DNA of 64,000 bases from Mobula hypostoma (GCF_963921235.1 NC_086107.1:109432001-109496000), one strand, 5' to 3'; positions 1-13,098 are shown, counted from the first letter of the stretch. Notes: generated from the sequence alone by a model not told the origin. Program-made: numbers and translations.

Positions 1-1135
1 GGTGCAATAATAACAGGGTTGTCGTGGTGGGAGATTTTAATTTCCCAAATATCGATTGGCATGTCCCTAGAGCAAGAGGTTTAGATGGGGTGGAGTTTGT
101 TAGGTGTATTCAGGAAGGTTTCTTGACACAATATGTGGATAAGCCTACAAGAGGAGAGGCTGTACTTGATCTGGTATTGGGAAGTGAACCTGGTCAGGTG
201 TCAGATCTCTCAGTGGGAAAGCATTTTGGAGATAGTGATCACAATTCTATCTCCTTTACCATAGCATTGGAGAGGGACAGGAACAGACAAGTTAGGAAAG
301 TGTTTAATTGGAGTAAGGGGAAATATGAGGCTATCAGACAGGAACTTGGAAGCATAAATTGGCATCTCAAGGAAATGTACGGAAGAAATGTGGCAAATGT
401 TCAGGGGATATTTGCATGGAGTTCTGCATAGGTACGTTCCAATGAGACAGGGAAAGGATGGTAGGGTACAGGAACTGTGGTGTACAAAGGTTGTTGTATA
501 TCTAGTCAAGAAGAAAATAAGAGCTTATGAAAAGTTCAAAGAACTAGGTAATGATAGAGATCTAGAAAATTATAAAGCTAGCAGGAAGGAGCTTAAGAAA
601 GAAATTAGGAGATTCAGAAGGGGCCATGACAAGGCCTTGGCGGATAGGATTAAGGAAAACCCCAAGACATTCTACAAGTATGTGAAGAGCAAGAAGATAA
701 GACATGAGAGAATAGGACTAATCAAGTGTGACAGTGGGAAAGAGTGTATGGAACTGGAGGAGATGGCAGAGGTACTTAATGAATTCTTTGCTTCAGTATT
801 CACTACGGAAAAGGATCTTGGCGATTGTAGGGATGACTTACAGTGGACTGAAAAACTTAGCATGTAGATATTAAGAAAGAGGATGTGCTGGAGCTTTTGG
901 AAAGCATCGAGTTGACTAAGTCATTGGGACTGGATGAGATGTACCCCAGGCTACTGTGGGAGGCAAGGGAGGAGATTGCTGAGCCTCTGTCAATTATCTT
1001 TGCATCATCAATGGGGACGGGAGAGGTTTCGGAGGATTGGAAGGTTGTGGATGTTGTTCCATTATTCAAGAAAAGGAATAGAGATAGCCCGGGAAATTAT
1101 AGACCAGTGAGTCTCACTTCAGTGGTTGGTAAGTT
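1..1135 (+). mobile_element. CR1 LINE ORF2, 5' part (APE endonuclease end and linker); host of a nested CR1
   Basis: Frameshifted ORFs with CR1 motifs VGDFNFPNIDW, GDSDHNSI and PGNYRPVSLTSVVGKL. The reading resumes at 3973 (KLMEKIL). Confidence 0.95.
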
Positions 1136-3972
1136 ACATAGAAACATAGAAACATAGAAACATAGAAAATAGGTGCAGGAGTAGGCCATTCGGCCCTTCG
1201 AGCCTGCACCGCCATTTATTATGATCATGGCTGATCATCCAACTCAGAACCCAGCCTTCCCTCCATACCCCGTGACCCCTGTAGCCACAAGGGCCATATC
1301 TAACTTCCTTTTAAACATAGCTAATGAACTGGCCTCAACAGTTTGCTGTGGCAGAGAATTCCACAGATTCACCACTCTCTGTGTGAAGAAGTTTTTCCTA
1401 ACCTCGGTCCTAAAAGGCTTCCCCTCTATCCTCAAACTGTGACCCCTCGTTCTAGACCTCCCCAACATCGGGAACAATCTTCCCGCATCTAGCCTGTCCA
1501 ATCCCTTTAGGATCTTATACGTTTCAATCAGATCCCCCCTCAATCTTCTAAATTCCAACGAGTACAAGCCCAGTTCATCCAGTCTTTCTTCATATGAAAG
1601 ACCTGCCATCCCAGGAATCAATCTGGTGAACCTTCTTTGTACTCCCTCTATGGCAAGGATGTCTTTCCTCAGATTAGGGGACCAAAACTGCACACAATAC
1701 TCCAGGTGTGGTCTCACCAAGGCCTTGTACAACTGCAGTAGTACCTCCCTGCTCCTGTACTCGAATCCTCTCGCTATAAATGCCAGCATACCGTTCGCCT
1801 TTTTCACCGCCTGCTGTACCTGCATGCCCACTTTCAATGACTGGTGTATAATGACACCCAGGTCTCGTTGCACCTCCCCTTTTCCTAATCGGCCACCATT
1901 CAGATAATAATCTGTTTTCCTATTTTTGCCACCAAAGTGGATAACTTCACATTTATCCACATTAAATTGCATCTGCCATGAGTTTGCCCACTCACCCAAC
2001 CTATCCAAGTCACCCTGCATCCTCTTAGCATCCTCCTCACTGCTAACACTGCCACCCAGCTTCGTGTCATCCGCAAACTTGGAGATGCTGCATTTAATTC
2101 CCTCATCCAAGTCATTAATATATATTGTAAACAACTGGGGTCCCAGCACTGAGCCTTGCGGTACCCCACTAGTCACCGCCTGCCATTCTGAAAAGGTCCC
2201 GTTTATTCCCACTCTTTGCTTCCTGTCTGCTAACCAATTCTCCACCCACACCAATACCTTACCCCCAATACCATGTGCTTTAAGTTTGCACACTAATCTC
2301 CTGTGTGGGACCTTGTCAAAAGCCTTTTGAAAATCCAAATATACCACATCCACTGGTTCTCCCCTATCCACTCTACTAGTTACATCCTCAAAAAATTCTA
2401 TGAGATTCGTCAGACATGATTTTCCTTTCACAAATCCATGCTGACTTTGTCCGATCATTTCACCGCTTTCCAAATGTGCTGTTATCACATCCTTGATAAC
2501 TGACTCCAGCAGTTTCCCCACCACCGACGTTAGGCTAACCGGCCTATAATTCCCCGGTTTCTCTCTCCCTCCTTTTTTAAAAAGTGGGGTTACATTAGCC
2601 ACCCTCCAATCCTCAGGAACTAGTCCAGAATCTAACGAGTTTTGAAAAATTATCACTAATGCATCCACTATTTCTTGGGCCACTTCCTTAAGCACTCTGG
2701 GATGCAGACCATCTGGCCCTGGGGATTTATCTGCCTTCAATCCCTTCAATTTACCTAACACCACTTCCCTACTAACATGTATTTCGCTCAGTTCCTCCAT
2801 CTCACTGGACCCTCTGTCCCTTACTATTTCTGGAAGATTATTTATGTCCTCCTTAGTGAAGACAGAACCAAAGTAATTATTCAATTGGTCTGCCATGTCC
2901 TTGCTCCCCATAATCAATTCACCTGTTTCTGTTTGCAGGGGACCTACATTTGTCTTTATCAGTCTTTTCCTTTTTACATATCTATAAAAGCTTTTACAGT
3001 CCGTTTTTATGTTCTCTGCCAGTTTTCTCTCATAATCTTTTTTCCCCTTCCTAATTAAGCCCTTTGTCCTCCTCTGCTGAACTCTGAATTTCTCCCAGTC
3101 CTCAGGTGAGCCACTTTCTCTGGCTAATTTGTATGCTACTTCTTTGGAATTGATACTATCCCTAATTTCTCTTGTCAGCCACGGGTGCACTACCTTCCTT
3201 GATTTATTCTTTTGCCAAACTGGGATGAACAATTGTTGTAGTTCATCCATGCAACCTTTAAATGCCTGCCATTGCATATCCACCGTCAATCCTTGAAGTG
3301 TCATTTGCCAGTCTATCTTAGCTAATTCATGTCTCATACCTTCAAAGTTACCCCTCTTTAAGTTCAGAACCTTTGTTTCTGAATTAACTACGTCACTCTC
3401 CATGTTAATGAAGAATTCCACCATATTATGGTCACTCTTACCCAAGGGGCCTCTCACGACAAGATCGCTAATTAACCCTTCCTCATTGCTCAAAACCCAG
3501 TCCAGAATAGCCTGCTCTCTAGTCGGTTCCTCGACATGTTGGTTCAAAAAACCATCCCGCATACATTCCAAGAAATCCTCTTCCTCAGCACCTTTACCAA
3601 TTTGGTTCACCCAGTCTACATGTAGATTGAAGTCACCCATTATAACTGCTGTTCCTTTATTGCACACATTTCTAATTTCCTGTTTAATACCATCTCCGAC
3701 CTCACTACTACTGTTAGGTGGCCTGTACACAACTCCCAGCAGCGTCTTCTGCCCCTTAGTGTTACGCAGCTCTACCCATATCGATTCCACATCTTCCCGG
3801 CTTATGTCCTTCCTTTCTATTGCGTTAATCTCTTTTTTAACCAGCAACGCCACCCCACCTCCCCTTCCTTCGTGTCTATCCCTCCTGAATATTGAATATC
3901 CCTGAACGTTGAGCTCCCATCCCTGGTCACCCTGGAGCCATGTCTCTGTGATCCCAACTATATCATAATCAT
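1136..3972 (-). mobile_element. Young 5'-truncated CR1 LINE with an uninterrupted ORF2 (about 909 codons, APE + RT)
   Basis: ORF to stop at 1244 with YDIVGITETWL, MGDFNL, SDHNMV, YLDFQKAFDKV, GVPQGSVLGP and FADD. (TTCTATGT)n tail at 1136-1168. TAAGTT duplicated at 1130-1135 and 3973-3978. Confidence 0.97.
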
Positions 3973-5290
3973 TAAGTTGATGGAGAAGATCCTGAGAGGT
4001 AGGATTTATGAACATTTGGAGAGGCATAATATGATTAGGAATAGTCAGCATGGCTTTGTGAAAGGTGGGTCATGCCTTACGGGCCTAATTGAATTTTTTG
4101 AGGATATGACTAAACACATTGATGAAGGTAGAGCAGTAGATGTGGTGTATATGGATTTCAGCAAGGTATTTGACAAGGTACCCCATGCAACGCTTATTGA
4201 GAAAGTAAGGAGGCATGGGATCCAAGGGGACATTGCTTTGTGGATCCAGAAATGGCTTGCCCACAGAAGGTAAAGAGTGGTTGTAGACGGGTCATATTCT
4301 GCATGGAGGTCGATCACCAGAGGTGTGCCTCAGGAATCTGTCTAGGACCCTTACTCTTCGTGATTTTTATAAATGACCTTAATGACGAAGTGGAGGAATA
4401 GGTTAGTAAATTTGCTGATGACACAAAGGTTGGAGGTGTTGTGGATAGTGTGGAGGGCTGTCAGAGGTTACAGCGGGACATTGATAGGATGCAAAACTGG
4501 GCTGAGAAGTGGCAGAAGGAGTTCAACACAGATAAGTGTGAGGTGGTTCATTTTGGTAGGTCAAATATGATGCCAGAATATAGTATTAATGGCAAGACTC
4601 CTGGCAGTGTGGAGGATCAGAGGGATCTTGGGGTCCAAGTCCACATGACACTCAGCTGCTTCAGAAGGCATATGGTGCATTGGCTTTCGTCGATCATGGA
4701 ACTGAGTTCAAGAGCCGAGAGGTAATGTTGCAGCTGTATAGGACCCTGGTCAGACCCCACGTGGAGGACTGTGCTCAATTCTGGCCACCTCACTACAGGA
4801 AGGATGTGGAAACCATAGAAAGGGTGCAGAGGAGATTTACAAGGATGTTGCCTGGATTGGGGAGCATGCTTTATGAGAATAGGTTGAGTGAACTTGGCCT
4901 TTTCTCCTTGGAGCGATGGAGGATGAGAGGTGACCTGATAGAGGTGTACAAGATGATGAGAGGCATTGATCGTGTGGATAGTCAGAGGCCTTTTCCCAGG
5001 GCTGAAATGGCTAGCACAAGAGGGCACAGTTTTAAGGTGCATGGAAGTAGGTACAGAGGAGATGTGAGGGGTAAATTTTTTTACACAGAGAGTGCATGGA
5101 ATGGGCTGCCGACGACGGTGGTGGAGGCAGATACGATAGGGTCTTTAAAGAGATTCCTGGATAGGTACATGGAGCTTAGAAAAATAGAGGGCTATGGGTA
5201 ATCCTAGGTAATTTCTAAGGTAAGGACATGTTCAGCACAGTTTTGTGGGCCGAAGGGCCTGTATTGTGCTGTAGGTTTTCTATGTTTCTA
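3973..5290 (+). mobile_element. CR1 LINE ORF2, 3' part (degenerate RT) and 3' tail of the host element
   Basis: QHGFVKGGSCLT, VYMDFSKVFDKVPH, KFADD and VQRRFTRM across frameshifts. Ends in ttctatgtttctat. Confidence 0.95.
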
Positions 5291-6064
5291 TCTATCTCTG
5301 TGTTGATTCTGTTTATCATTTCTCTTTTTGGGAGCTTGCTACACGTATATTGATTCCTACACCACAATAGTGACAACACTTTGAAAGTGCTTCAGTAACA
5401 TCTTTTGAGGTAAGAAAGTCACAAATGTCTCCATAGGTAATTAGCTGAGATTTCTTAATTCCGCAGTTAGAGTAGTATCATAACTCTGTAATTAGAGACG
5501 TAAGAGATTCTGCAGATGCTGGAAGTCTTGAGCATCACACACAAAATGCTGGAGGAACACAGCAAGTTAGGCAGCATCTATAGTTGTGCAATGGACGGTG
5601 TATTGACCAGCTGATTCACAGCCTGGTATGGAAACACCAATGCCTTTCAATGGAAAATTCAAAAAAATTTAGTGGATTTGGCCCAGTACATCAAGGGTAA
5701 ACCCCTCACGATCACTGATCACCTCTACATGAAATGCATCCATCATCAGAGATTTGCACCACCCAAGTCATGCTCTTTTTTCGTTGCTACTCTGAGGTAG
5801 AAGGTACAGTCAGCGCTTAGAGTTGAGACCCTTCATTAGGACCCGTGTCATCAGACTTGTTTATCAGAGTCTTGGATCATCATCTCCATAGGTGCTGCCC
5901 GACCCGCTGAGTTCCTCCAGCATTTTCTGTATGTGTATTGGAAGGGGGCGGGGGGAGAACTAGAGAGTGGAAAATTGACCGTAAGAGGGCAGCTGTGAGG
6001 CATTCAGTAGATTGCGAAGGAATTAGTAATATTTTGTGAAAGAGTCGGTGTCCTCTTTAATAGG

Positions 6065-6370
6065 TGTTTGAACATAAGAAAGCAAGATGCCAGAAGCTGG
6101 TAGAGCAGTGCCAGAGACAGGTGGAGGGAACAATGTGAGTCTATAGGGGGCGGGTGCAGAGGTTTTGCTGGCTGAACCTACTTCCTCCATGACATTATGG
6201 AGAGAAGAGCCATCAGGACTACCACAGAGGCTACTGAGTGAGCCTCCAGATGGCTATGGATCAAGAGGTGTGACCTGTAGACCATTGCTGCTGGGACACA
6301 AGCCAGGGACTGATCAACCCTGGCTGGGTCGCCTGGACGAGGGTGTCTGATGGTGAAAGACCCAAAACAA
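6065..6370 (+). mobile_element. Degenerate 3' fragment of a HERO-type RLE non-LTR retrotransposon
   Basis: Broken translation resembling EHKKAR.QKLVEQCQRQ..GCRGFAG..AIRTTTEATE.ASRWLWIKR, parallel to the copy at 43.7 kb. Confidence 0.65.
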
Positions 6371-6380
6371 CCAGTGACGC

Positions 6381-6990
6381 AAACACGAGGAATTCTGCAG
6401 ATGCTGGAAATTCAAGCAACACACATAAAAGTTGCTGGTGAACGCAACAGGCCAGGCAGCATCTCTAGGAAGAGGTACAGTTGACATTTCAGGCTGAGAC
6501 CCTTCGCCGGGACTAACTGAAGGAAGAGCTAGTAAGAGATTTGAAAGTGGGAGGGGGAGGGGGAGATCTGAAATGACAGGAGAAGACAGGAGGGGGAGGG
6601 ATGGAGCTAAGAGCTGGACAGGTGATTGGCAAAAGGGATACGAGAGGATCATGGGACAAGAGGCCCAGGGAGAAGGAAGGGGGGGGGACCCAGAGGATGG
6701 GCAAGGGGTATAGTCAGAGGGACAGAGGGAGAAAAAGGAGAGAGAGAAAGAATGTGTGTATATAAATAAATAACGGATGGGGTACGAGGGGGAGTTGGGG
6801 CATTAGCAGAAGTTAGAAAAGTCAATGTTCATGCCGTCAGGTTACCCAGGCGGAATATAAGGTGTTGTTCCTCCAACCTGAGAGTGGCTTCATCTTTACA
6901 GTAGAGGAGGCTGTGGATAGACATATCAGAATGGGAATGGGATATGGAATTAAAATGTGTGGCCACTGGGAGATCCTGCTTTCTCTGATC
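6381..6990 (-). mobile_element. 5'-truncated Neptune-type Penelope copy (GIY-YIG end + 3' pLTR, hammerhead core mutated)
   Basis: QDLPVATHFNS..HSDMSIH..LRLEEQHLIFRLG. DNA is very similar to 59495-60109. The core reads CCGGCGA instead of CTGACGA. Confidence 0.9.
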
Positions 6991-7311
6991 AATGATCCAA
7001 TCAATGATCAACCAATGATCCCAGGTTACATCCTGGGATGTATCTCAGCAGCATGATAAAGCTCCAAGCTGAGTTGTACACCAGAGGGCACTCCTGGTTC
7101 AGAATTACTCTCCAAGTGATGCAGCAGCATTGAAATTGCAAGCAACACACACAAAATAGGGTCTTTTTAAGAGACTCTGACATAAGTATGTGGAGCTTAG
7201 CAAAATAGAGGGTTATATGGTGGGGAAATTCTAGGCAATTTCTAGAGTAGGTTACATGGTTGGCACAACATTGTGGGTCAAAGGGCCTATAATATGCTGT
7301 AGATTTCTGTT

Positions 7312-7995
7312 TCTAAATGCTGGAGGATGTCAGGCAGCATCTATGGAAAATAATAAACAGTCGACATTTTGGGCTGAGACCCCTCATCAGGACTGGAGAG
7401 AGAAAAAGATGAGAAGTCAGAGTAAGAAGGTGGGAGGAGGGGAGGAAGAAATACGAGGTGATGGGTGAAACCAGGAGGGAGGGAAGGGGTGAATTAAAGA
7501 GCTGGGAAATCAATTGGTGAAAGAGAGAAGGGGCTGCGAAGGGGGGAATCCGATAGGAGAGGACAGAAGGGAAGGAACACCAGAGGGAGGTGATGGGCAG
7601 GTAAGGAGATAAGGTGAGATAGGGAAATGGGAGTGGTGGGGAGGGGCATTACCAGAAGTTTGGAAAGTCAATGTTCATGCCATCAGGTTGGAGGCCACCC
7701 AGACGAAATATAAGGTGTTGCTCGGGCTCCTCCAACCTGAGTGTGGTAGTAGAGGAGACCATGGACTGACATAGCAGAATGGGAATGGGAAGTAGAATTA
7801 AAATGAGTGGCCACCGGGCGATCCCGCTTTTACTTGTGGACAGAACGTAGGTGCTTGGCAAAGCGATCACCCAATCTATTTCGGGATCGCAGATATACAG
7901 GAGGCCACACCGGGAGCACCGGATACAACAGATGACCCCAACAGGTAAATTGTTGCCTCACCTGGAAGGGCTACTTGGGGCCCTGAATGGCCCTG
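7312..7995 (-). mobile_element. Older Penelope-like fragment (GIY-YIG + pLTR)
   Basis: LRLEE..QHLIFRLGGLQPDGMNIDFPNF. Decayed hammerhead CTGATGA..CCCAAAATGTCGACT near 7358-7394. Confidence 0.8.
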
Positions 7996-8029
7996 GGTGT
8001 TGCTATTCCAGAAGATCTCTTCTGGACCC

Positions 8030-8690
8030 AGCACGTACGTGCATTTGCGAAAAAAGCACAGAGGCACCTCCACTTCCTTAGGAGATTGCCGAGGTTCGGC
8101 ATGATAACTTAAAACTTTGACAAACTTCTATAGTTGTGCAATGGACGGTGTATTGACCAGCTGATTCACAGCCTGGTATGGAAACACCAATGCCTTTCAA
8201 TGGAAAATTCTACAAAAGTTAGTGGATTTGGCCCAGTACATCAAGGGTAAACCCCTCCCAATCACTGAGCACCTCTACATGAAATGCATCCATCATCAAA
8301 GATTTGCACCACCCAAGTCATGTTTTTTTTCTTGTTGCTGCTCTGATGTAGAAGGTACAAGAGCCTCAGGACTCGAACCACCAGGTTCAAAAAAAGGTTA
8401 CTACCCTTCAACCATCAGGCTCTTGAATAAAAGGGGACAACTACACCCACCTATTGAGATGTTTCCACAACTTATTATCTCACTTCAAGGACGCTTTGTC
8501 TTGTTATTTCATGTTCTCATTATTTATTACTGCTATTTATTTATATTTGCATTTGACAGTTTGTTGTCTTCTGCACTCTGGTTGATCTTTCACTGATCCT
8601 GTTATAGTTACTATTCTATAGGTTTGTCCAGTATGCCTGCAGGGAAGTGAATGGTAACATATATATTTTGATAATAAATTTACTTTGAAC
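8030..8690 (+). mobile_element. Degenerate Rex1/Babar-like LINE 3' fragment
   Basis: Remnant of A.RHLHFLRRL.RFG..KTLTNFYS..LT..FTAWYGN and an AT-rich 3' UTR ending gataataaatttactttgaact. Confidence 0.7.
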
Positions 8691-8916
8691 TTGGAAATTG
8701 AGAAGTTATGTAATTCAATGTTATATGCCCCTGAAATTTGTTCCGAGAAAAATTTGTAATTTTCAAGATATTATTGTGGTCATTCTGATAGATGACAGTT
8801 CTACAATGGATAGTCAGAACTGCCCGTCACTGGCGCCTCTCTACCTGCCATCAGTGACATAGTGTATATACAGAAAGATGCTGGAAAAGGGCCAGTGACA
8901 TCATAAAGGATCCATA

Positions 8917-9270
8917 AAGGATGCTGTCCAAGTTGCATGCCATCTTGGACAATGTCTCCCATCCACTACATAATGTACTGGGTGGGCACAGGAGTACATT
9001 CAGCCAGAGACTCATTCCACCGAGATGCAACACAGAGCATCATAGGAAGTCATTCCTGCCTGTGGCCATCAAACTTTACAACTCCTCCCTTGGAGGGTCA
9101 GACACCCTGAGCCAATAGGCTGGTCCTAGACTTATTTCCTGGCATAATTTACATATTACTATTTAATTATTTATGGTTTTATTACTATTTATTTATTTAT
9201 GGTGCAACTGTAACGAAAACCAATTTCCCTCAGGATCAATAAAGTATGACTATGACTATGACTATGACTG
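8917..9270 (+). mobile_element. Rex1/Babar-like LINE 3' end with (TATGAC)n tail
   Basis: MLSKLHAILDNVSHPLH..RKSFLPVAIKLYNSS. Near-identical to 19266-19600 on the minus strand. Confidence 0.85.
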
Positions 9271-9685
9271 TGACCCACCCTGCTCATGGACTGTTTGTTC
9301 CACTCCTATCAGGGAGGAGATTATGTCGAATCCACGCCGGGACCACCAGACTCAAAAACAGTTACTGTCCCCAAGAAGTAAGGCTGATCAACACCTCCAC
9401 CCACTAACCCTCCTCTTCACACCCCCAACCACCACTACCTTATCATTTCCTGTCAGAGCCACCTTATATACAGACACTCCTGTGCCTGGTGTCGCTTTAT
9501 AAACACACAATCAATCTACGTATATGAGCTATCCAATGTATTTCTATTTATTGTGATTTTTTTTATTATTGAGTTCTTTATCTTATTGTATTTTTAGCGC
9601 TGAATCAGATCTGGAGTAACAATTATTTTATTCTCCTTTATATTTATGTACTGGAAATGACATTGAACAACCTTGAATACTGAAT

Positions 9686-9921
9686 CGTAAACACAAAATA
9701 ATCTGCAGATGCTGGGGTCAAAGCAACACTCACAACACGCTGGAGGAACTCAGCAGATCGGGCAGCACCTGTGGAAACGAACAGTCAACATTTCAGGCTG
9801 GAACCCTCTGCCCCTTCCCTCTTCAGTCCTGATGAAGGGTTCCGGCCCGAAACGTTGACTAATCGTTTCCACGGACGCTGCTCAACCTGCTGAGTTCCTC
9901 CAGCATCCTGTGGGTGTTGCT
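9686..9921. mobile_element. Fold-back Penelope pLTR mini-element with 13-bp TSD and a hammerhead motif (+, 9825-9860)
   Basis: Inverted arms. TTGAATACTGAAT at 9673-9685 and 9922-9934. Motif AGTC-CTGATGA-AGGGTTCCGGCCC-GAAA-CGTT-GACT. Confidence 0.85.
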
Positions 9922-10574
9922 TTGAATACTGAATAACATGTATTCTCTCCAGGGCTAATGCATCCTTCCTAAGGTACGGTACCAGAACTAATCAATGTAG
10001 AAGGTGGTGGGGTTGTGTTGTTCTCCAATCTTGGCAATTTACTTGCAAATGTTTCATGACCATGCAAGGAGACACTGTCAGTGGGCAGTTGATTGTGGTA
10101 TGTCCTCCAAATGCGTGGCCTTTATTTTCATTTCAATCAGCCAATTGGACGTCATTTCAGAAACTCAAATGTGATGTAGGGAAGAAATCTCATTGCTGAT
10201 TGGCTGTGTGGCAAACTTTGCAAGATAGGTTGCTGGAGGTAGGAGACCTAGAACAGACTGGATGGGCTGAATGGTCTCATGTTCCTAGCCCCTTATAATT
10301 ACTCATCAATCAAAAGAGTTGGAGACGACTTCTTTCCAAGAAGGCATGTGTGTTCACTGTGTCCAGTTCCTTAGCCAAAACTGCCAAAACAAAGAATGAT
10401 CATATCAGTGTAGCTTCTCACCCAGTGAGCACTGATCACTTCCCAGTCTCTTGGTCTGTGATTTTTGTGGGTTACGGTGGATCTAAGGTTCATGTACCTG
10501 TTTTTTAAATGTCACAAGGAGTTCTGCTTCCACCACCTTTTCAGTGAGTTTGGAATTGTCTTCAGATGATCTTT

Positions 10575-11075
10575 TGTGTTAATGGAAACTCACACCTATC
10601 AGGAATCACACCTTATTGTAATGGCATATGACAGGTGCCATGATGGGGATCAGATCCTGCCTCCCAAACCTGTTTTAATTAAAAAGTTCACCAGGGTTCT
10701 AAACGATTTAACCATCCCTGTCTCAGGTGCCAGAATATCCTGCAAACTAGGCACCCCAGATTTACCCAATAATTGCCTAAACAGCTTCCTGTGTTCCAAC
10801 AGAGTATCTGCGGCGCACCATGATCACGCTCCACTGTCTCTGGGACCTTACAAAGATCACATCAAGTGTTCCCATGCTTACCAACAAGTGCCAAAGTGGA
10901 GTGCAACCCCCTGTGTCCTAACCTCAGTCTTGCCAACCACACATCTTCCCTCCTATTCCTTCCAAAAAGGCGCCTCTCCTGAACTGATGGAAACAAATTG
11001 TAATACCATCTCCCTGCCACACAATTTCTGCTACTTCCCAAACCCAGCCAACCTAATACAAGATCTGGTCAAGTT
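10575..11075 (-). mobile_element. I-group (Nimb/I-like) LINE 3' fragment
   Basis: The minus strand translates roughly RLGHRGLHSTLALVGKH..CDLCKVPETVE.VIMV.RRY..LVNFLIKTGLGGRI*, a C-terminal Zn-knuckle region typical of RNase H-bearing LINEs. Confidence 0.65.
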
Positions 11076-12426
11076 GCCCAGTGGCTAACGTGACTCTGTG
11101 AAATTGATTAGTTAAGACACTTCCCCCATTCCTTTTTCCCTCTTACACCTTCTCTCCTTACCTGCCCATCACCTCCCTCTGGTGCTCCTCCCCATTCCCT
11201 TTCTTCCATGGTCTTCTACCCTCTCCAATCAGATTCCCTCTTCTCCAGCCCTTTATCTCTTTCACTAATCAACTTCCCAGCCCTTTACTTCACCCACTCC
11301 CGTCTCCCGGTTTCACCTATCACCTCTTACCTCTCACCTCGTACTTTTCCCTCTCCTCCCCCCACCTTCTTGCTCTGACCTCATCTTTTTTCCAGTCCTG
11401 AAACATGAATGGGGAATGGTGAAGGTGGTGGTGGGGGTGGGGGTGGGGGTGGGGGGGGGAAACGGTGGTGGGCAATTACCAGAAGTTCAAAAAAATCGAT
11501 GTCGGAGGCTACCCAGATGGAATATAAGGTGTTGCTTCCCCAACCTCATGGTAGTAGAGGCGGCCATGGACGCATATTAATCGCCGTGGTTTCTTCCAGA
11601 AATAACAGTCGCATGTCAGAACATGAGATCTCATCCCTCCACACCCGCAACCACCATTACTTTATCATTTCCTGTCAGTCACCTTATGTACAGACACTCC
11701 TGTGCCCAGCATCACCTTATGGAGAAGAGAGTAGACCATAGGAGAAAGGGAAGGAGGAGGGGAATCAGGGGGAGGTAATAGGCAGGTGAAAAGAGATAAG
11801 AGACCAGAATGGAGAATAGAAGAGAGGAGGGGGAGGGGAAAATCTTCCTTTACCTGATTGAAGGGAAAAAAATTGATATTCATACCATCAGGTTGGAGGG
11901 TACACAGACAGAATTATGGTGTTGCTCCTCCATCCTGAGAGTGGCCTCATCTTGGCCCAAGAGGAGCCTATAGACCATCTTTTTTTTATTATTGTGTTTT
12001 TATTTTGTGCTGCATCAGATCCGGAGTAACAATGATCTTATTCTCATTTACACTTGTGTACTGGAAATGACATGAAACAATCTTGAATCTCGAAAATGGA
12101 GGTGGACACCAGGCCCTCCCAACCTGCCCCTGACTGGCTGATCTGTGCTGTCTGAGCTCTCTGATTGTGAGAGTTCACCTGTCCTTTCAGGTGTTTATCC
12201 CTCTCCACCTGAAATGTGGAGGCTGATACATTAGGGACATCATGGATGAAAGAAAAATGGGGGATTATGGGCTGTGTAGGACGGAAGGGTTAGATGGATA
12301 AAAGGTTAAAAGGGCAGCACAGCATTGTAGGCCGAAAGGCCTGCACTGTGTGGTACTGTTCTATTTTAAATAAATCCAATATTCTGGAATCCCCCACCCT
12401 CTGAGGCAGAGACATTCAGTACCCAC

Positions 12427-12519
12427 TTGAGAGAAAAATCTCTGCACAACGCGCATATAAAAGAACTGTGCCGGGTATCGGCTCGATTGTGAGAACGCGA
12501 CAAGTGGGCAGGCGGCCAT
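12427..12519 (-). CDS. Putative first coding exon of an unidentified gene (presequence-like peptide MAACPLVAFSQSSRYPAQFFYMRVVQRFFSQ)
   Basis: ATG at 12519 lies inside a YY1-like AAATGGCCGCC. 31 codons with no acidic residues, then CAA|GTGGGT donor. Directly downstream of a CpG promoter. Confidence 0.5.
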
Positions 12520-12830
12520 TTGGTAGCGCGGTGAATCGATTGGGCTCGCGCTCTTTGACCGCGTGGGCTTTCAAGTGCGCATGCGTTTGATAGAACTTCT
12601 GATTGGGCTTCTGACGCGCGGACGGCTCGCGCTCTTTGGCCGCGCGGGCTTTCAAGCGCGTGTGTGTATCGCCTCGGTGGGGGCCCGGCTTGCCACTCCT
12701 GCGCTCGGCGTATGTCTGTGTGTGTGTGTGTGTGTGTGTGGTTACTAACGCGATTCAGTTAAAAACATTTACTAATACGGCTCCAACGTCGTTCTTGCTC
12801 TGCGCATACGTAACACGGATAGCGTCTTGT
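12505..12830 (-). promoter_or_regulatory. CpG-rich housekeeping-type promoter
   Basis: NRF1-like TGCGCATGCG at 12576-12585. CCAAT boxes on minus at 12538-12543 and 12601-12606. YY1-like motif at about 12511-12521. 37-bp direct repeat (12543-12579 and 12624-12660). Dense unmutated CpGs. Confidence 0.7.
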
Positions 12831-13098
12831 AACTATGTCTTGTTTGTGACACTAGTGAAATTACCAGCCCCCTTATAGATCTGAATAAGGTCCCCCCTCA
12901 CTCTTCTAAACGTCAGGGAATACAGTCGTAACGGAACGGTGGAGGGGGTTCATTCATCTTGAGGTGCGATGTCTTGCACAGTAAAGGTGGGTTTTCCTAG
13001 GTGTGTGGACGTGGATGAAGCACGGGCAGAAATATCCTGGGAAGGTGGTGTCAGGACAGGTACCCTACTACCCCATTGGATTGGGGACGTACGCAAGC

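Noticed and set aside
3973..4051. N-terminal extension of the 935-aa ORF
   Set aside because: Antisense host CR1 sequence read through across the insertion junction; not part of the element.
10576..11088. 170-aa plus-strand ORF
   Set aside because: Antisense to an I-group LINE fragment.
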